Below are positions 1 through 8,872 of a DNA stretch of 64,000 nucleotides, piece after piece. Position numbers and translations under genes: made by a program. Location of the stretch: NCBI GenBank assembly GCA_964519505.1, contig CAZFJX010000001.1, positions 15,543 through 79,542 on the forward strand. Direction: 5' to 3'. This DNA is from an uncultured Desulfurococcales archaeon (lineage in GTDB: Archaea > Thermoproteota > Thermoprotei_A > Sulfolobales > CAZFJX01). The notes below the pieces were generated by a model. The model saw nothing but the letters and a program-made list of their open reading frames with translations, did no database searches and had not been told where the DNA came from. Each line of letters begins with the position of its first letter. The stretch's first letter is position 1.

Positions 1-1
1 T

Positions 2-1429
2 GTTCTTGCTAAGTTGGCTACTGAGAGGAAGCTAGATAATGTTAAGATACCTAGGAAACCCCTAGATGTTTTAGCTCAGCACATAGTTGGTCTAGCCTTG
101 GAGAGGAAGTATAAGGTTGATGAGGCTTATAGAATTATTAAGAGGTCTTACTGCTATAAGGACTTAACTAAGGAGGAGTTCATTAGGGTACTTAAGTACT
201 TAGCCGGCTACTACGCTGATGACCTAGAGCTAGCCAATGTGTACTCTAAGATATGGTATGATGAGGAGGAAGGAATCTTCGGTAGGAAGAGAGGGGCTAG
301 AATGATTTACTACTTAAACTCAGGTACTATACCTGATGAGACTAAGATAAAGGTGTTTCTAGAGAGTGGCTGGTACGTAGGTGATTTAGAGGAGAGTTTT
401 GTTGAGATACTAAGCCCAGGCGACGTCTTCGTTTTAGGTGGTAGGACCTATGAGTTTGTGAGGTCTGATGGGTTGAGGGTGTATGTCCGTAGGAAGGAGC
501 ATGCTAGACCCACGGTGCCCAGCTGGTATTCAGAGATGCTACCATTAGCCTTCGATTCAGCGCTAGGTGTGGGTAGGTTTAGGAGGGAGTTAAGTGAATT
601 GATTAAGACCAAAGATAAGGATGAGGTCATTAAATGGTTAATGAAGAATTACAATATAGATGATGATCTAGCTAACTACATCTACGATTACTTCAAGGAG
701 CAAATAGAATTTACTGATGGGTTAGTCCCTTCAGATAGGTTAGTACTTATTGAGTTATGGGTCAATAACTATGACTACACATTAAACGTAATATTCCATA
801 CATTATTCGGTAGGAAGGTAAATAACGTACTATCGCGTGCCTACGCATACATATTTAGTAAGTACTTCGACTGCAATGTAAGAGTTACTGTAACTGACAA
901 TGGATTCATGCTCACATTACCTATGCCCATAGAGATATCTACTGATGAGGTTAAGGAGCTGGTTTATGAGTTATCAAGCAAGAACTTAATCCCCATAGTT
1001 AGGAAGGTCATTGAAAGAACTGAATTATTTAAGCGTAGGTTTAGGCACTGTGCTGAAAGGTCATTCGCTATTTTAAGGAGGTATAAGGGTAGTGAAACAA
1101 GTATTTCGAGACGTCAATTTAACTCTGAGGTACTGTTAAACATAGTTAAGAACATTCCTGGATTCCCAATATATGAGGAGACTTTCAGAGAAATTCTTGA
1201 GGATTACATGGATGTAGATAACGCACTTAAGGTGATTAAGTGGGTTGAGGAAGGTGTTATAAAGATTGAGGTTACGGGGCCTAGGTATGTCCCATCACCA
1301 TTCGCCCATAATATCGTAGTGTTTGGATATACTGATGCTGTTCTCATGGAGGATCGTAGAAGGTTATTAATTAAGTTACGTGAGGAGATACTGAAATACC
1401 TAGAGAAGAAAGGAGTTATATATGGGTAA
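2..1429 (+). CDS. lhr: Lhr-like large helicase-related protein, C-terminal part (5' end outside window)
   Basis: The frame stays open to the window edge upstream of the TTG at 14. It has a PLDVLAQHIVG motif and a long C-terminal region, as recalled for Lhr-family helicases. Confidence 0.55.
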   Translation, partial: VLAKLATERKLDNVKIPRKPLDVLAQHIVGLALERKYKVDEAYRIIKRSYCYKDLTKEEFIRVLKYLAGYYADDLELANVYSKIWYDEEEGIFGRKRGARMIYYLNSGTIPDETKIKVFLESGWYVGDLEESFVEILSPGDVFVLGGRTYEFVRSDGLRVYVRRKEHARPTVPSWYSEMLPLAFDSALGVGRFRRELSELIKTKDKDEVIKWLMKNYNIDDDLANYIYDYFKEQIEFTDGLVPSDRLVLIELWVNNYDYTLNVIFHTLFGRKVNNVLSRAYAYIFSKYFDCNVRVTVTDNGFMLTLPMPIEISTDEVKELVYELSSKNLIPIVRKVIERTELFKRRFRHCAERSFAILRRYKGSETSISRRQFNSEVLLNIVKNIPGFPIYEETFREILEDYMDVDNALKVIKWVEEGVIKIEVTGPRYVPSPFAHNIVVFGYTDAVLMEDRRRLLIKLREEILKYLEKKGVIYG

Positions 1430-1510
1430 TACTGGGATATTACTTATGTCATACGCAATAGCCTTTTAATAATTATCCATGGGTTAGGTTATTATTGAAG
1501 GGTTGATACT

Positions 1511-1753
1511 GTGAGGGTTAGGAGCTTATTATCAAATACTGCCTACAAATATCTCGTTAAGGTTACGTTTATTGATGTGGTAGGGTTGCTCCTGCTTGCT
1601 ACAGGTACTCACTTAAAGGACTTTGTCCTCATGTTTACATCCCCTGAATTCTTAATGGTTTTACTCATGGGTAGCGTATTATTTCTCCTAGTGGCTAACT
1701 TCCTGGCCCTAGCTAGGCTCACTATAGCCATAATAGATAAACTACTTGAGTAA
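1511..1753 (+). CDS. small hydrophobic membrane protein, unknown function
   Basis: 80-aa ORF with a GTG start and two or three hydrophobic segments. No recognisable motif. Confidence 0.3.
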   Translation: MRVRSLLSNTAYKYLVKVTFIDVVGLLLLATGTHLKDFVLMFTSPEFLMVLLMGSVLFLLVANFLALARLTIAIIDKLLE

Positions 1754-1829
1754 GTTTGCGTCTCTTATTATGCAAGTTCTTGTAGTTAGCATTACCTATA
1801 TTTAGCTAGCTCTAAATATTTACTTAGGT

Positions 1830-2771
1830 GTGAAGTTCATGGAGAGACTTACCTTAATAGCCATAATTCTAGTAGCGATCGTTGTTGGATGTGTACTTAT
1901 GTATACAGCAATAACTACATTCACACCAAGACTAGTTAGGTACATAGCTATAATTAAGTTAAGGGGTCAGATAGCGTATGCTCCAATGTTCTTCGATGGC
2001 TCGGTAATAAACCCCGACGATGTTAGAGAATTAGCTAATAGAGTAATTAATGACCCAACCATAAGGGCTGTTGTGGTCGTTATTAATAGCCCTGGAGGTT
2101 CAGCAACCGCTTCTGAAGAAATCTATAGATTAATGATGAAACTAGCTGAACGCAAAGTAGTTGTCGTTTACGCTGAGGATGTTATGGCTAGTGGCGGGTA
2201 CTACATAGCCTTACCTGCGCATAAGATCATTGCTTCACCACACACAATTGTGGGCTCCGTAGGTGCTATTGCTACCGTAATAAACATAAATAAACTCCTT
2301 GAGAAGCTAGGAGTGAATGTAACTATAGTAAAAGCAGGGAAGTATAAGGACATCCTAACACCATTTAGAAATATGACTAAGGATGAGTATGAAATACTTA
2401 AGAATATAACTAATAATGTTGCTGAAGTATTTAAGAATAGGGTCTTAGCCCATAGACCTAACGTGAACCCTGAAGTATTTACGGCAAAAATATACATAGC
2501 TTCAGACGCATTAAGAGTCGGTCTCATTGATGGTATAGGGTCATTAGATGATGCTATTGAGGAAGCACGCAAGTTAGCTAACTTACCCTTAGGTACCCCA
2601 GTAATTGAAGTTGAGAAGCCAAAAGGGCTTCTAGAGATCTTATTAGGGCAGTCATTAACGTCATGCAAGTATACTAACCCATTACCTGATAAACCCGTTG
2701 AGCTATTGATGATGTGGATACCTGAATTATCAATAATGAGAAACAACGTTACTATTATAGAATCAGGGTAA
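1830..2771 (+). CDS. sppA: signal peptide peptidase SppA (S49 family, 36K type)
   Basis: N-terminal TM segment, then the INSPGGSATASEEIY and MASGGYYIA motifs typical of the SppA/ClpP-fold S49 peptidases. Confidence 0.8.
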   Translation: MKFMERLTLIAIILVAIVVGCVLMYTAITTFTPRLVRYIAIIKLRGQIAYAPMFFDGSVINPDDVRELANRVINDPTIRAVVVVINSPGGSATASEEIYRLMMKLAERKVVVVYAEDVMASGGYYIALPAHKIIASPHTIVGSVGAIATVININKLLEKLGVNVTIVKAGKYKDILTPFRNMTKDEYEILKNITNNVAEVFKNRVLAHRPNVNPEVFTAKIYIASDALRVGLIDGIGSLDDAIEEARKLANLPLGTPVIEVEKPKGLLEILLGQSLTSCKYTNPLPDKPVELLMMWIPELSIMRNNVTIIESG

Positions 2772-2774
2772 TGC

Positions 2775-3455
2775 GTGCTGGGTTTAATTATGAGGTTAAT
2801 AGATGTTGTTAACACTATAGATAAGTCATTAGGTATCTCTGAAGATAGGTTTATAGCATTTAAATTAGTTAAAGAGAAGTTAGATCCCTTTGAGTTTTTA
2901 ATAGGTGTTATACTTTCTCAAAACACATCAGATAAGAACGCCATTAAAGCTTTCAGTAAGCTTAAGAAATTATGTGGCTATAGGGAAATAACTCCATCAC
3001 TAATACTGAAGATGCCTAGAGACTCAGTTATTAATGCTATAAAGGTTGCTGGACTTTATGAGAGGAGGTATGAGGTCATAATTAACTTAGCTAAAGTACT
3101 TAATGGCGTGAATTATAGGGAATTTTTAACTAAAGAAAACCCACGAACATTAAGAGTGTTCTTAATGAGGCTAAAGGGTTTAGGCCCTAAAACGGTAGAT
3201 GTGTTTCTTCTTATGTATAGAGGATTCCCAGTATTTCCTATAGATACCCACATAAGAAGAGTTTTAAGGAGAATGGGTTTTGTAGCTTCTTCTGATTACT
3301 TCGTTATTCAAGAATTTGTTCATAGGGAGTTACCTAAAGAGCTCTATCTGAAAGCTCACCTACTTCTCATAGAGTTTGGTAGGAGGGTGTGTAAGGCTAG
3401 GAAACCCTTATGTAATGAATGCCCCTTCAAGTATGAATGCCCGAAATTAATTTAA
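2775..3455 (+). CDS. nth: endonuclease III (HhH-GPD DNA glycosylase/AP lyase with 4Fe-4S cluster)
   Basis: ILSQNTSDKN, an HhH-GPD segment LKGLGPKTVDVFL and IDTH, and a C-terminal cluster CKARKPLCNECPFKYEC. Confidence 0.85.
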   Translation: MLGLIMRLIDVVNTIDKSLGISEDRFIAFKLVKEKLDPFEFLIGVILSQNTSDKNAIKAFSKLKKLCGYREITPSLILKMPRDSVINAIKVAGLYERRYEVIINLAKVLNGVNYREFLTKENPRTLRVFLMRLKGLGPKTVDVFLLMYRGFPVFPIDTHIRRVLRRMGFVASSDYFVIQEFVHRELPKELYLKAHLLLIEFGRRVCKARKPLCNECPFKYECPKLI

Positions 3456-3480
3456 GATTCCTAACAAATTGGTCTATATG

Positions 3481-3530
3481 GTGATGAGGGCTAGATTGAC
3501 CGATTAGTGATGAACGGTTTCTGGTGCTGA
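3481..3530 (+). ncRNA. box C/D sRNA candidate 1 (core from C box to D box)
   Basis: GTGATGA-N12(GGGCTAGATTGA)-CCGA-TTA-GTGATGA-N13(ACGGTTTCTGGTG)-CTGA. This is canonical archaeal C/D'/C'/D order and spacing. It lies in the 86-nt gap between nth and the next ORF. Confidence 0.6.
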
Positions 3531-3541
3531 GGAGGATCTAG

Positions 3542-4687
3542 TTGGCCTCACTCCTAGAAGTTATTGAGCATAAGCGTAAGGTCCTGAACCACTTAAAAAA
3601 CTTAATAAGCAATGATAGATTAAAGAGAGCTAATAATGACTACCACGCTAAGAGAGAGCCTAGGGATTGTGGGTTAACTATCCATCCAGGTATTGGATGT
3701 GTTTATGAATGTACCTACTGTTATATTAAGGATATGGGTTTTCCATTCGATAAAATATCCCCATACCCATTAACAGGTTTAGAATTAGCTTATGCTGTAA
3801 GTAAGAATCCCAACGTTGCTTTAGGTAAGGAAGGCACTTACCTAGCTATAGGCAGTATAACAGAGCCTTTTCACCCAGCAATACTTAACAGAACTCTCGA
3901 ATATTTTAAAGCCATAAGTACTTACCTCAAGAACCACACCCAAGTCTCTACTAAGGCGTACATATCTTTAAAACTAGCTAAGGATTTAAGGAGTTTAATG
4001 CCTAGGTTAAGTGTTTTGGTAACGATTATAGATATTGATGGTAGGTTGGAGCCTAAGGCACCATCACCTAAACTTAGATTTGAAAGTATAGCTAACTTAA
4101 GTAAGGTTGGTTATAGGGTAGCCCTCTTCTTAAGACCTATAATACCTGGACATAGTGACAGAGTACTTAATGAATTACTGGAGCTCGCGAAGTCTTACGG
4201 CGCGGAAGGCGTTGTTGCCGGAACATTAAGGGTTACTAAAGACATACTTGAGAGGCTAAGGGATGCTGGCTTAGATTTGAGTTATATAGTCAGTAGGTTA
4301 AGGAGGTTACCCAGTGGTAGGAAGCAGATCCCCATAATGATTAGTGACCTTAAGGGTAGGGTAGCTAAATTATGTGATAGGCTAGGTTTAAATTACTACC
4401 CAACAGCGTGTGCTGCCAATGCCTCACATTATGATGAGGTTTGTTGGGATAGCTGTAAGTTCAATAGGGAGTTATGTGATGAGTTACCTAATGTTGATGT
4501 TGATGAGTTAAGGAACTCCTTACGTGAGTTAATAGGTGTTAGGGAGTTAAGTATTAGTGTTGAGGATTGGTTAATAGTCATTAAGTCGGATACTTACATA
4601 CCTAAGAATTACTTGTATTTAATTCAAGCAATATATAAGAGGCACGTAATAGCTAAGACCAGAGGCAAGGTGCTATCAACTATGTAG
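3542..4687 (+). CDS. radical SAM protein, SplB/DNA-photolyase-like (COG1533-type)
   Basis: CX3CX2C motif GCVYECTYCY about 50 aa from the N-terminus. Size and layout recall spore-photoproduct-lyase-like radical SAM proteins. TTG start preceded by GGAGG. Confidence 0.6.
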   Translation: MASLLEVIEHKRKVLNHLKNLISNDRLKRANNDYHAKREPRDCGLTIHPGIGCVYECTYCYIKDMGFPFDKISPYPLTGLELAYAVSKNPNVALGKEGTYLAIGSITEPFHPAILNRTLEYFKAISTYLKNHTQVSTKAYISLKLAKDLRSLMPRLSVLVTIIDIDGRLEPKAPSPKLRFESIANLSKVGYRVALFLRPIIPGHSDRVLNELLELAKSYGAEGVVAGTLRVTKDILERLRDAGLDLSYIVSRLRRLPSGRKQIPIMISDLKGRVAKLCDRLGLNYYPTACAANASHYDEVCWDSCKFNRELCDELPNVDVDELRNSLRELIGVRELSISVEDWLIVIKSDTYIPKNYLYLIQAIYKRHVIAKTRGKVLSTM

Positions 4688-4743
4688 GTACTTTAAATCA
4701 CCACCATTACATTTTATAAGCTCCCCATATCCTTGGGGTCTAA

Positions 4744-5094
4744 ATGAACTCACTAATGATTGATTTAATATTGCTAAGTATAGCTATATCTATATGTTCG
4801 GTGATCTTAAGTGACGTTAACACATCCATGCAGGCGCTTAATGAGGTTAACATGAGGATTAAGAATTTTAGGGTAGTTACGTTAGGTTACTTAATTAATG
4901 ACACATTACTATTAGTTGTCTATAACGTAATGGATGAAACTTTAACCTTGAGATTATTCTGCGAAGATACTGACATAATTTATAACATAACCGTAGGACC
5001 TAAGGACCACTTAACCACTAAGTTGATGTGTAGTAATCTTTACATTATACTTCCAGATGGCACTGTAAATAAAGTACCTGTTTTGGGTGATTAA
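4744..5094 (+). CDS. small membrane-anchored protein, possibly pilin-associated
   Basis: 116 aa with an N-terminal hydrophobic helix. Its end overlaps the start of the next ORF by 8 nt, which suggests translational coupling. Confidence 0.35.
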   Translation: MNSLMIDLILLSIAISICSVILSDVNTSMQALNEVNMRIKNFRVVTLGYLINDTLLLVVYNVMDETLTLRLFCEDTDIIYNITVGPKDHLTTKLMCSNLYIILPDGTVNKVPVLGD

Positions 5095-6184
5095 TGTGAG
5101 AGGGGTATCTACTGTTTACGCGGCTATAGTAATAGCCTTTATATCCATAAGCATCACCTCCTCATTAATACTTTATGTACATAGGCTTGAGGAAAGTAAT
5201 GCAGAATTCTTCAGAGAAGCATCAGAAATGATAAAGGCATCAGGAGAACAGATCTACATAATACAGAGAGAGAAAGATATAAGCTTGTGCACTAATAAAG
5301 AGCCTTACAGGATCTCGCTAGCCATACTTGCTAACAGTACTTACATGAATATATCGAACGTTAACTCAACATGCTACGTCATTAGTAAAAATGAGCTAAA
5401 CAACTACTTAACCCGTAACTACACATTAACATTAATAACCGAGTTAGGCAACTACTACCACTTTAACCTAAGTACGTTTAGTGAAAGTGAGGAGGGGGAG
5501 GGAGGTCTTGATGGTGAATTGTTAATTAATGATATTAGGTTCTTAGTAATAACTGGTTATGGACCTATAATAACCAATCCTTCCGAAGACTTCATAAACC
5601 CTATGTACACTTATTACGATGTATATATGTACTACATTAGCGAAAATTACTTAGTAGTTGATGTTAAGGATGGCAGGGCATTGATTAGTAGACCTAATGA
5701 TTTAGTTCTTAATATTACGTTACCTAATGGTACATGGCCAGTTATGTATGTGTACCTAGTCATACCGTTTAGTATAGGTGAATTAGCTAACGTCAATGTA
5801 GTTACTAACCTAACATACTCCATATGGACTGAAAATAATGATTTAGGTACATTAAGGGTTAAGGCAGTCATGAAGATCATTAGAGTTCAAGACATATTAA
5901 GCGGCGTACCTATATCACCTAAGTATAGTATTTACGAACATACCGTATACATAAATAATCGTGAAGTTTCATTAAGATATATACCTTACCTAGCTAATGA
6001 TGAGGAAGTTCTTTACTGGTCAACTCTCCCTGTAGATGAACATGGTATTATAACCTTAAGCACCCCACTAACGACTTACTGTAACAATTACATAATATTA
6101 CTCGGTCTAGAACTTACGTATCTTAATAGGCAGGGTAATATTATCCACATATTAATGAACGTAACTAACATAACAATAACTTAG
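5087..6184 (+). CDS. archaeal type IV pilin-like glycoprotein (class III signal peptide)
   Basis: The N-terminus MINVRG|VSTVYAAIVIAFISISI fits the [KR][GA][V][S][T]+hydrophobic class III (PibD/FlaK-processed) pattern. The remainder is rich in N-X-S/T sequons. Confidence 0.5.
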   Translation: MINVRGVSTVYAAIVIAFISISITSSLILYVHRLEESNAEFFREASEMIKASGEQIYIIQREKDISLCTNKEPYRISLAILANSTYMNISNVNSTCYVISKNELNNYLTRNYTLTLITELGNYYHFNLSTFSESEEGEGGLDGELLINDIRFLVITGYGPIITNPSEDFINPMYTYYDVYMYYISENYLVVDVKDGRALISRPNDLVLNITLPNGTWPVMYVYLVIPFSIGELANVNVVTNLTYSIWTENNDLGTLRVKAVMKIIRVQDILSGVPISPKYSIYEHTVYINNREVSLRYIPYLANDEEVLYWSTLPVDEHGIITLSTPLTTYCNNYIILLGLELTYLNRQGNIIHILMNVTNITIT

Positions 6185-6993
6185 TATGCCCTCCTCTTTA
6201 GGTACTTATATAAGGCTATCAATGATGTAAGCACAACTACTATAGCAGTTATGAATATAAGCGTATCAGTCCTACTTAGTAAGTCAGTAATGTTCATGCC
6301 CCCACCCTGGGTGATGTTCTTACTTATTACGCCCTCAACACTAGTATTAGTTATCCACCTAAGTACAGATATTACAGCCTCATACTTAAGACCCGAGACC
6401 TCGCCGTGAAGCCTATATCTAAAGTAGTAAGCTACGAGTAACCCTGTTCTACAATCATAAAGTGCATTCATTAGTGTGTCATTAGTTACTGCTGATACGT
6501 TGATGACATTAACTTTAATACCTATCCTTGGAACTTCAAACTCGACACACTTAGATCTATCTATGTCACTTACATCATGGAATACCGTACCGTCATATAT
6601 TGGTCTAATATCTGACCTAACACTATTGTTCTCGCCTATTAAGTCCCTAAGCTGCTCTAATAGTACATTACCCAGTATTGGATCACCAGTATAAAGTGGT
6701 GGTGTGTCTATCCTGTACCTTTCAATAACGTTCATGTGTGTTGAGTTTATTGGGGAAACCTCTATATTTATAGTTGCTGTAGCTATACCTGTAGCGCTAC
6801 GGTTTTGGTTAATTACTGTTATGTTGATTGCGTAGAGAACCTTATATTCCATGAACTCCGTCTTAGTTAGTTGAGTTACTCCAATATAACCGCTTAATGA
6901 CGTAAGTATCAATACTACTAGTAAGGGCGTTAAGTAGGGGTTAAGCCTTCTTATATACAATATGTACCTCACCTCCGCATCTACATATCTCAA
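6181..6993 (-). CDS. membrane-anchored (N- and C-terminal TM) sequon-rich protein, unknown function
   Basis: Hydrophobic segments lie near both ends and there are many N-X-S/T sites. The 5' 50 nt overlap the upstream reductase gene, so the true start may be internal. Confidence 0.4.
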   Translation of the reverse strand: MRYVDAEVRYILYIRRLNPYLTPLLVVLILTSLSGYIGVTQLTKTEFMEYKVLYAINITVINQNRSATGIATATINIEVSPINSTHMNVIERYRIDTPPLYTGDPILGNVLLEQLRDLIGENNSVRSDIRPIYDGTVFHDVSDIDRSKCVEFEVPRIGIKVNVINVSAVTNDTLMNALYDCRTGLLVAYYFRYRLHGEVSGLKYEAVISVLRWITNTSVEGVISKNITQGGGMNITDLLSRTDTLIFITAIVVVLTSLIALYKYLKRRAY

Positions 6994-7609
6994 CCTTAAT
7001 TAGTTCTAGCCTAAATAAATCTCTCTCATCATTAAATCCTTCACCCATAACCATACTGATAGCATCAACCCCACCAACTACGTAAGGCGATATGGTTACC
7101 CTAACCTCATCAACTAAACCCTCCTTAAAGAAATGCCATAGTAGGGTCCCACCACCTTCAACAAGTACCTTCCTAATACCTAACTCCTCACATAGGACGT
7201 TAAGTACGTCAGAAATACGTATTAAGGGTCCCTCATCTAGTATAAAGACTTGAATGCCTAATGACCTAAGCTTCTCGACCTTATCCTTAGGTGCTTTATC
7301 TGAAGTGAAGATTACGGTCTTTGATGTCTTGTCAGTAACAACCCTTGAGTTTAAAGGTATTCTTAAGTAACCATCGATAATCACCCTAATCGGTTGCTTA
7401 TAGGTCTCAACATACCTAACGGTTAGTAATGGGTCATCCCTCATTACGGTATTAGCACCAACGACAATAGCATCAACCTTAGCCCTAACCTTATGTAGCC
7501 TAATTAAGTCGTACTTACAGCTAAACCTGCTGTACCCTACCTTACTAGCTATTCTTCCATCAACGCTTTCAGTCACATAGACTATAACGTAAGGCTTACA
7601 GCTAGACAT
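6941..7609 (-). CDS. 2,5-diamino-6-ribosylamino-4(3H)-pyrimidinone 5'-phosphate reductase (stand-alone RibD C-terminal domain, archaeal type)
   Basis: PYVIVYVTESVDGRIA near the N-terminus and VEGGGTLLWHF later, which is the RibD_C/DHFR-like fold signature. About 220 aa with no deaminase domain. Confidence 0.8.
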   Translation of the reverse strand: MSSCKPYVIVYVTESVDGRIASKVGYSRFSCKYDLIRLHKVRAKVDAIVVGANTVMRDDPLLTVRYVETYKQPIRVIIDGYLRIPLNSRVVTDKTSKTVIFTSDKAPKDKVEKLRSLGIQVFILDEGPLIRISDVLNVLCEELGIRKVLVEGGGTLLWHFFKEGLVDEVRVTISPYVVGGVDAISMVMGEGFNDERDLFRLELIKVEICRCGGEVHIVYKKA

Positions 7610-8753
7610 ACCTTAAGACCCCGTCCGTAAGCACTGCCTTAACGTATTCAGAGGAACCCCTCTTAAGTATAGTTAGTAATACATCACCTGAGTATGGAAC
7701 ACCTAATAAATCACCGTTAAGGATCATGAAGTTAGCCTTAAGTCCTTCTCTAATCAATGGAGGCTCTACATCAAGGAGTTTCGATGGGGTTATAGTCAAT
7801 GCTTTCAGAACCCATATCCAATCAGTAAAGTTTAGTTTGATCCTCAACAAGTATATCAGAAACTCGATCTCTCTCCATAGATCAGGCTTATTCCAACCGC
7901 AATTATCAGTCCCTAACCCAACATTAATACCTAACTCATAAATATCTTTCAATGGCGGTAAACCCACCTTAAACCACGCATTAGCTCTAGGGCATATTAT
8001 TAGCGTTATACCTTTAGACTTAAGTAACTCTAAATCATCCTTACTTAAGTATGTCCCATGAACAACTGCGTTAGGTTTTAAGTAATTCATGGCTAACTCT
8101 AAATCCATAGATTCCCTAACCTTAAGCGTCTCGGCTATATGAGTCATTAACTTCAGACCTAACGACCTCACTTCCTTACCTAAGACCTTAAGGAATTCAA
8201 CACTATAGTATGTAGGTGTTGAGATGGCTACACCATCAACGTAGTCCCTCAGTAAACTTAACTCCTTACTTAATTCATTAGGGTCTTTGCTTACGGGCAT
8301 TCCATAGATTAAGTACTTGACCTCTCTAAACCTCTGCTTTATCTCATAGGCGTTAGAACACCACTTAAGACCCCCCTCTCTAAAGTCACAGATGGCGTAA
8401 GTGCCCTGCTTAAGTAGCTCCTTAAGCAAGCCGGTCGTTCTCTTCTTAAACATCTCAGGACTCAGCCTACTTAATAACCTATACTTAAGCCCGTTGGGTT
8501 CCTCAACAAGCTCCTCCAGACTTAAGTTAACACCTTGATCCAAGAAGGAATAATCAGCTACATGAACATGAGAATTTACGAACCTAGGAATAGCTACGTC
8601 CCCATACATGTTGATAGTGTTATAACCGCCTAGGAATCCATACCCGACCTCACTTATGATCCCATCAGAGTCTATGGTCACGTGACAATCTCTTAGGACC
8701 TTAAAATCTTCACCATAAATTACGTAGCCTAAATTAATTATTAATTCATTCAT
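7602..8753 (-). CDS. metal-dependent amidohydrolase of the nucleobase/nucleoside deaminase branch (COG0402-like)
   Basis: Motifs NSHVHV (HxH), HIAET, VVHGT and GLGTDN appear in the expected order. The stop overlaps the start of the reductase gene by 8 nt. Confidence 0.7.
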   Translation of the reverse strand: MNELIINLGYVIYGEDFKVLRDCHVTIDSDGIISEVGYGFLGGYNTINMYGDVAIPRFVNSHVHVADYSFLDQGVNLSLEELVEEPNGLKYRLLSRLSPEMFKKRTTGLLKELLKQGTYAICDFREGGLKWCSNAYEIKQRFREVKYLIYGMPVSKDPNELSKELSLLRDYVDGVAISTPTYYSVEFLKVLGKEVRSLGLKLMTHIAETLKVRESMDLELAMNYLKPNAVVHGTYLSKDDLELLKSKGITLIICPRANAWFKVGLPPLKDIYELGINVGLGTDNCGWNKPDLWREIEFLIYLLRIKLNFTDWIWVLKALTITPSKLLDVEPPLIREGLKANFMILNGDLLGVPYSGDVLLTILKRGSSEYVKAVLTDGVLRYV

Positions 8754-8759
8754 TTAAAT

Positions 8760-8812
8760 TCAGCCCTAAATACTTCTTTAGATCACTAATCACTACGCTC
8801 GTGCTTCATCAT
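8760..8812 (-). ncRNA. box C/D sRNA candidate 5 (weaker)
   Basis: The minus strand reads ATGATGA-N12(AGCACGAGCGTA)-GTGA-TTA-GTGATCT-N16-CTGA. The C'6-D'1 pair is C-G. The second spacer is atypically long. The D box ends 7 nt before the amidohydrolase ATG. Confidence 0.35.
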
Positions 8813-8872
8813 CAATAATATTTTAGGGTCTTAGTTATTAAGGCTTAAGAAACATATGTTTAGGTAGAGGAA

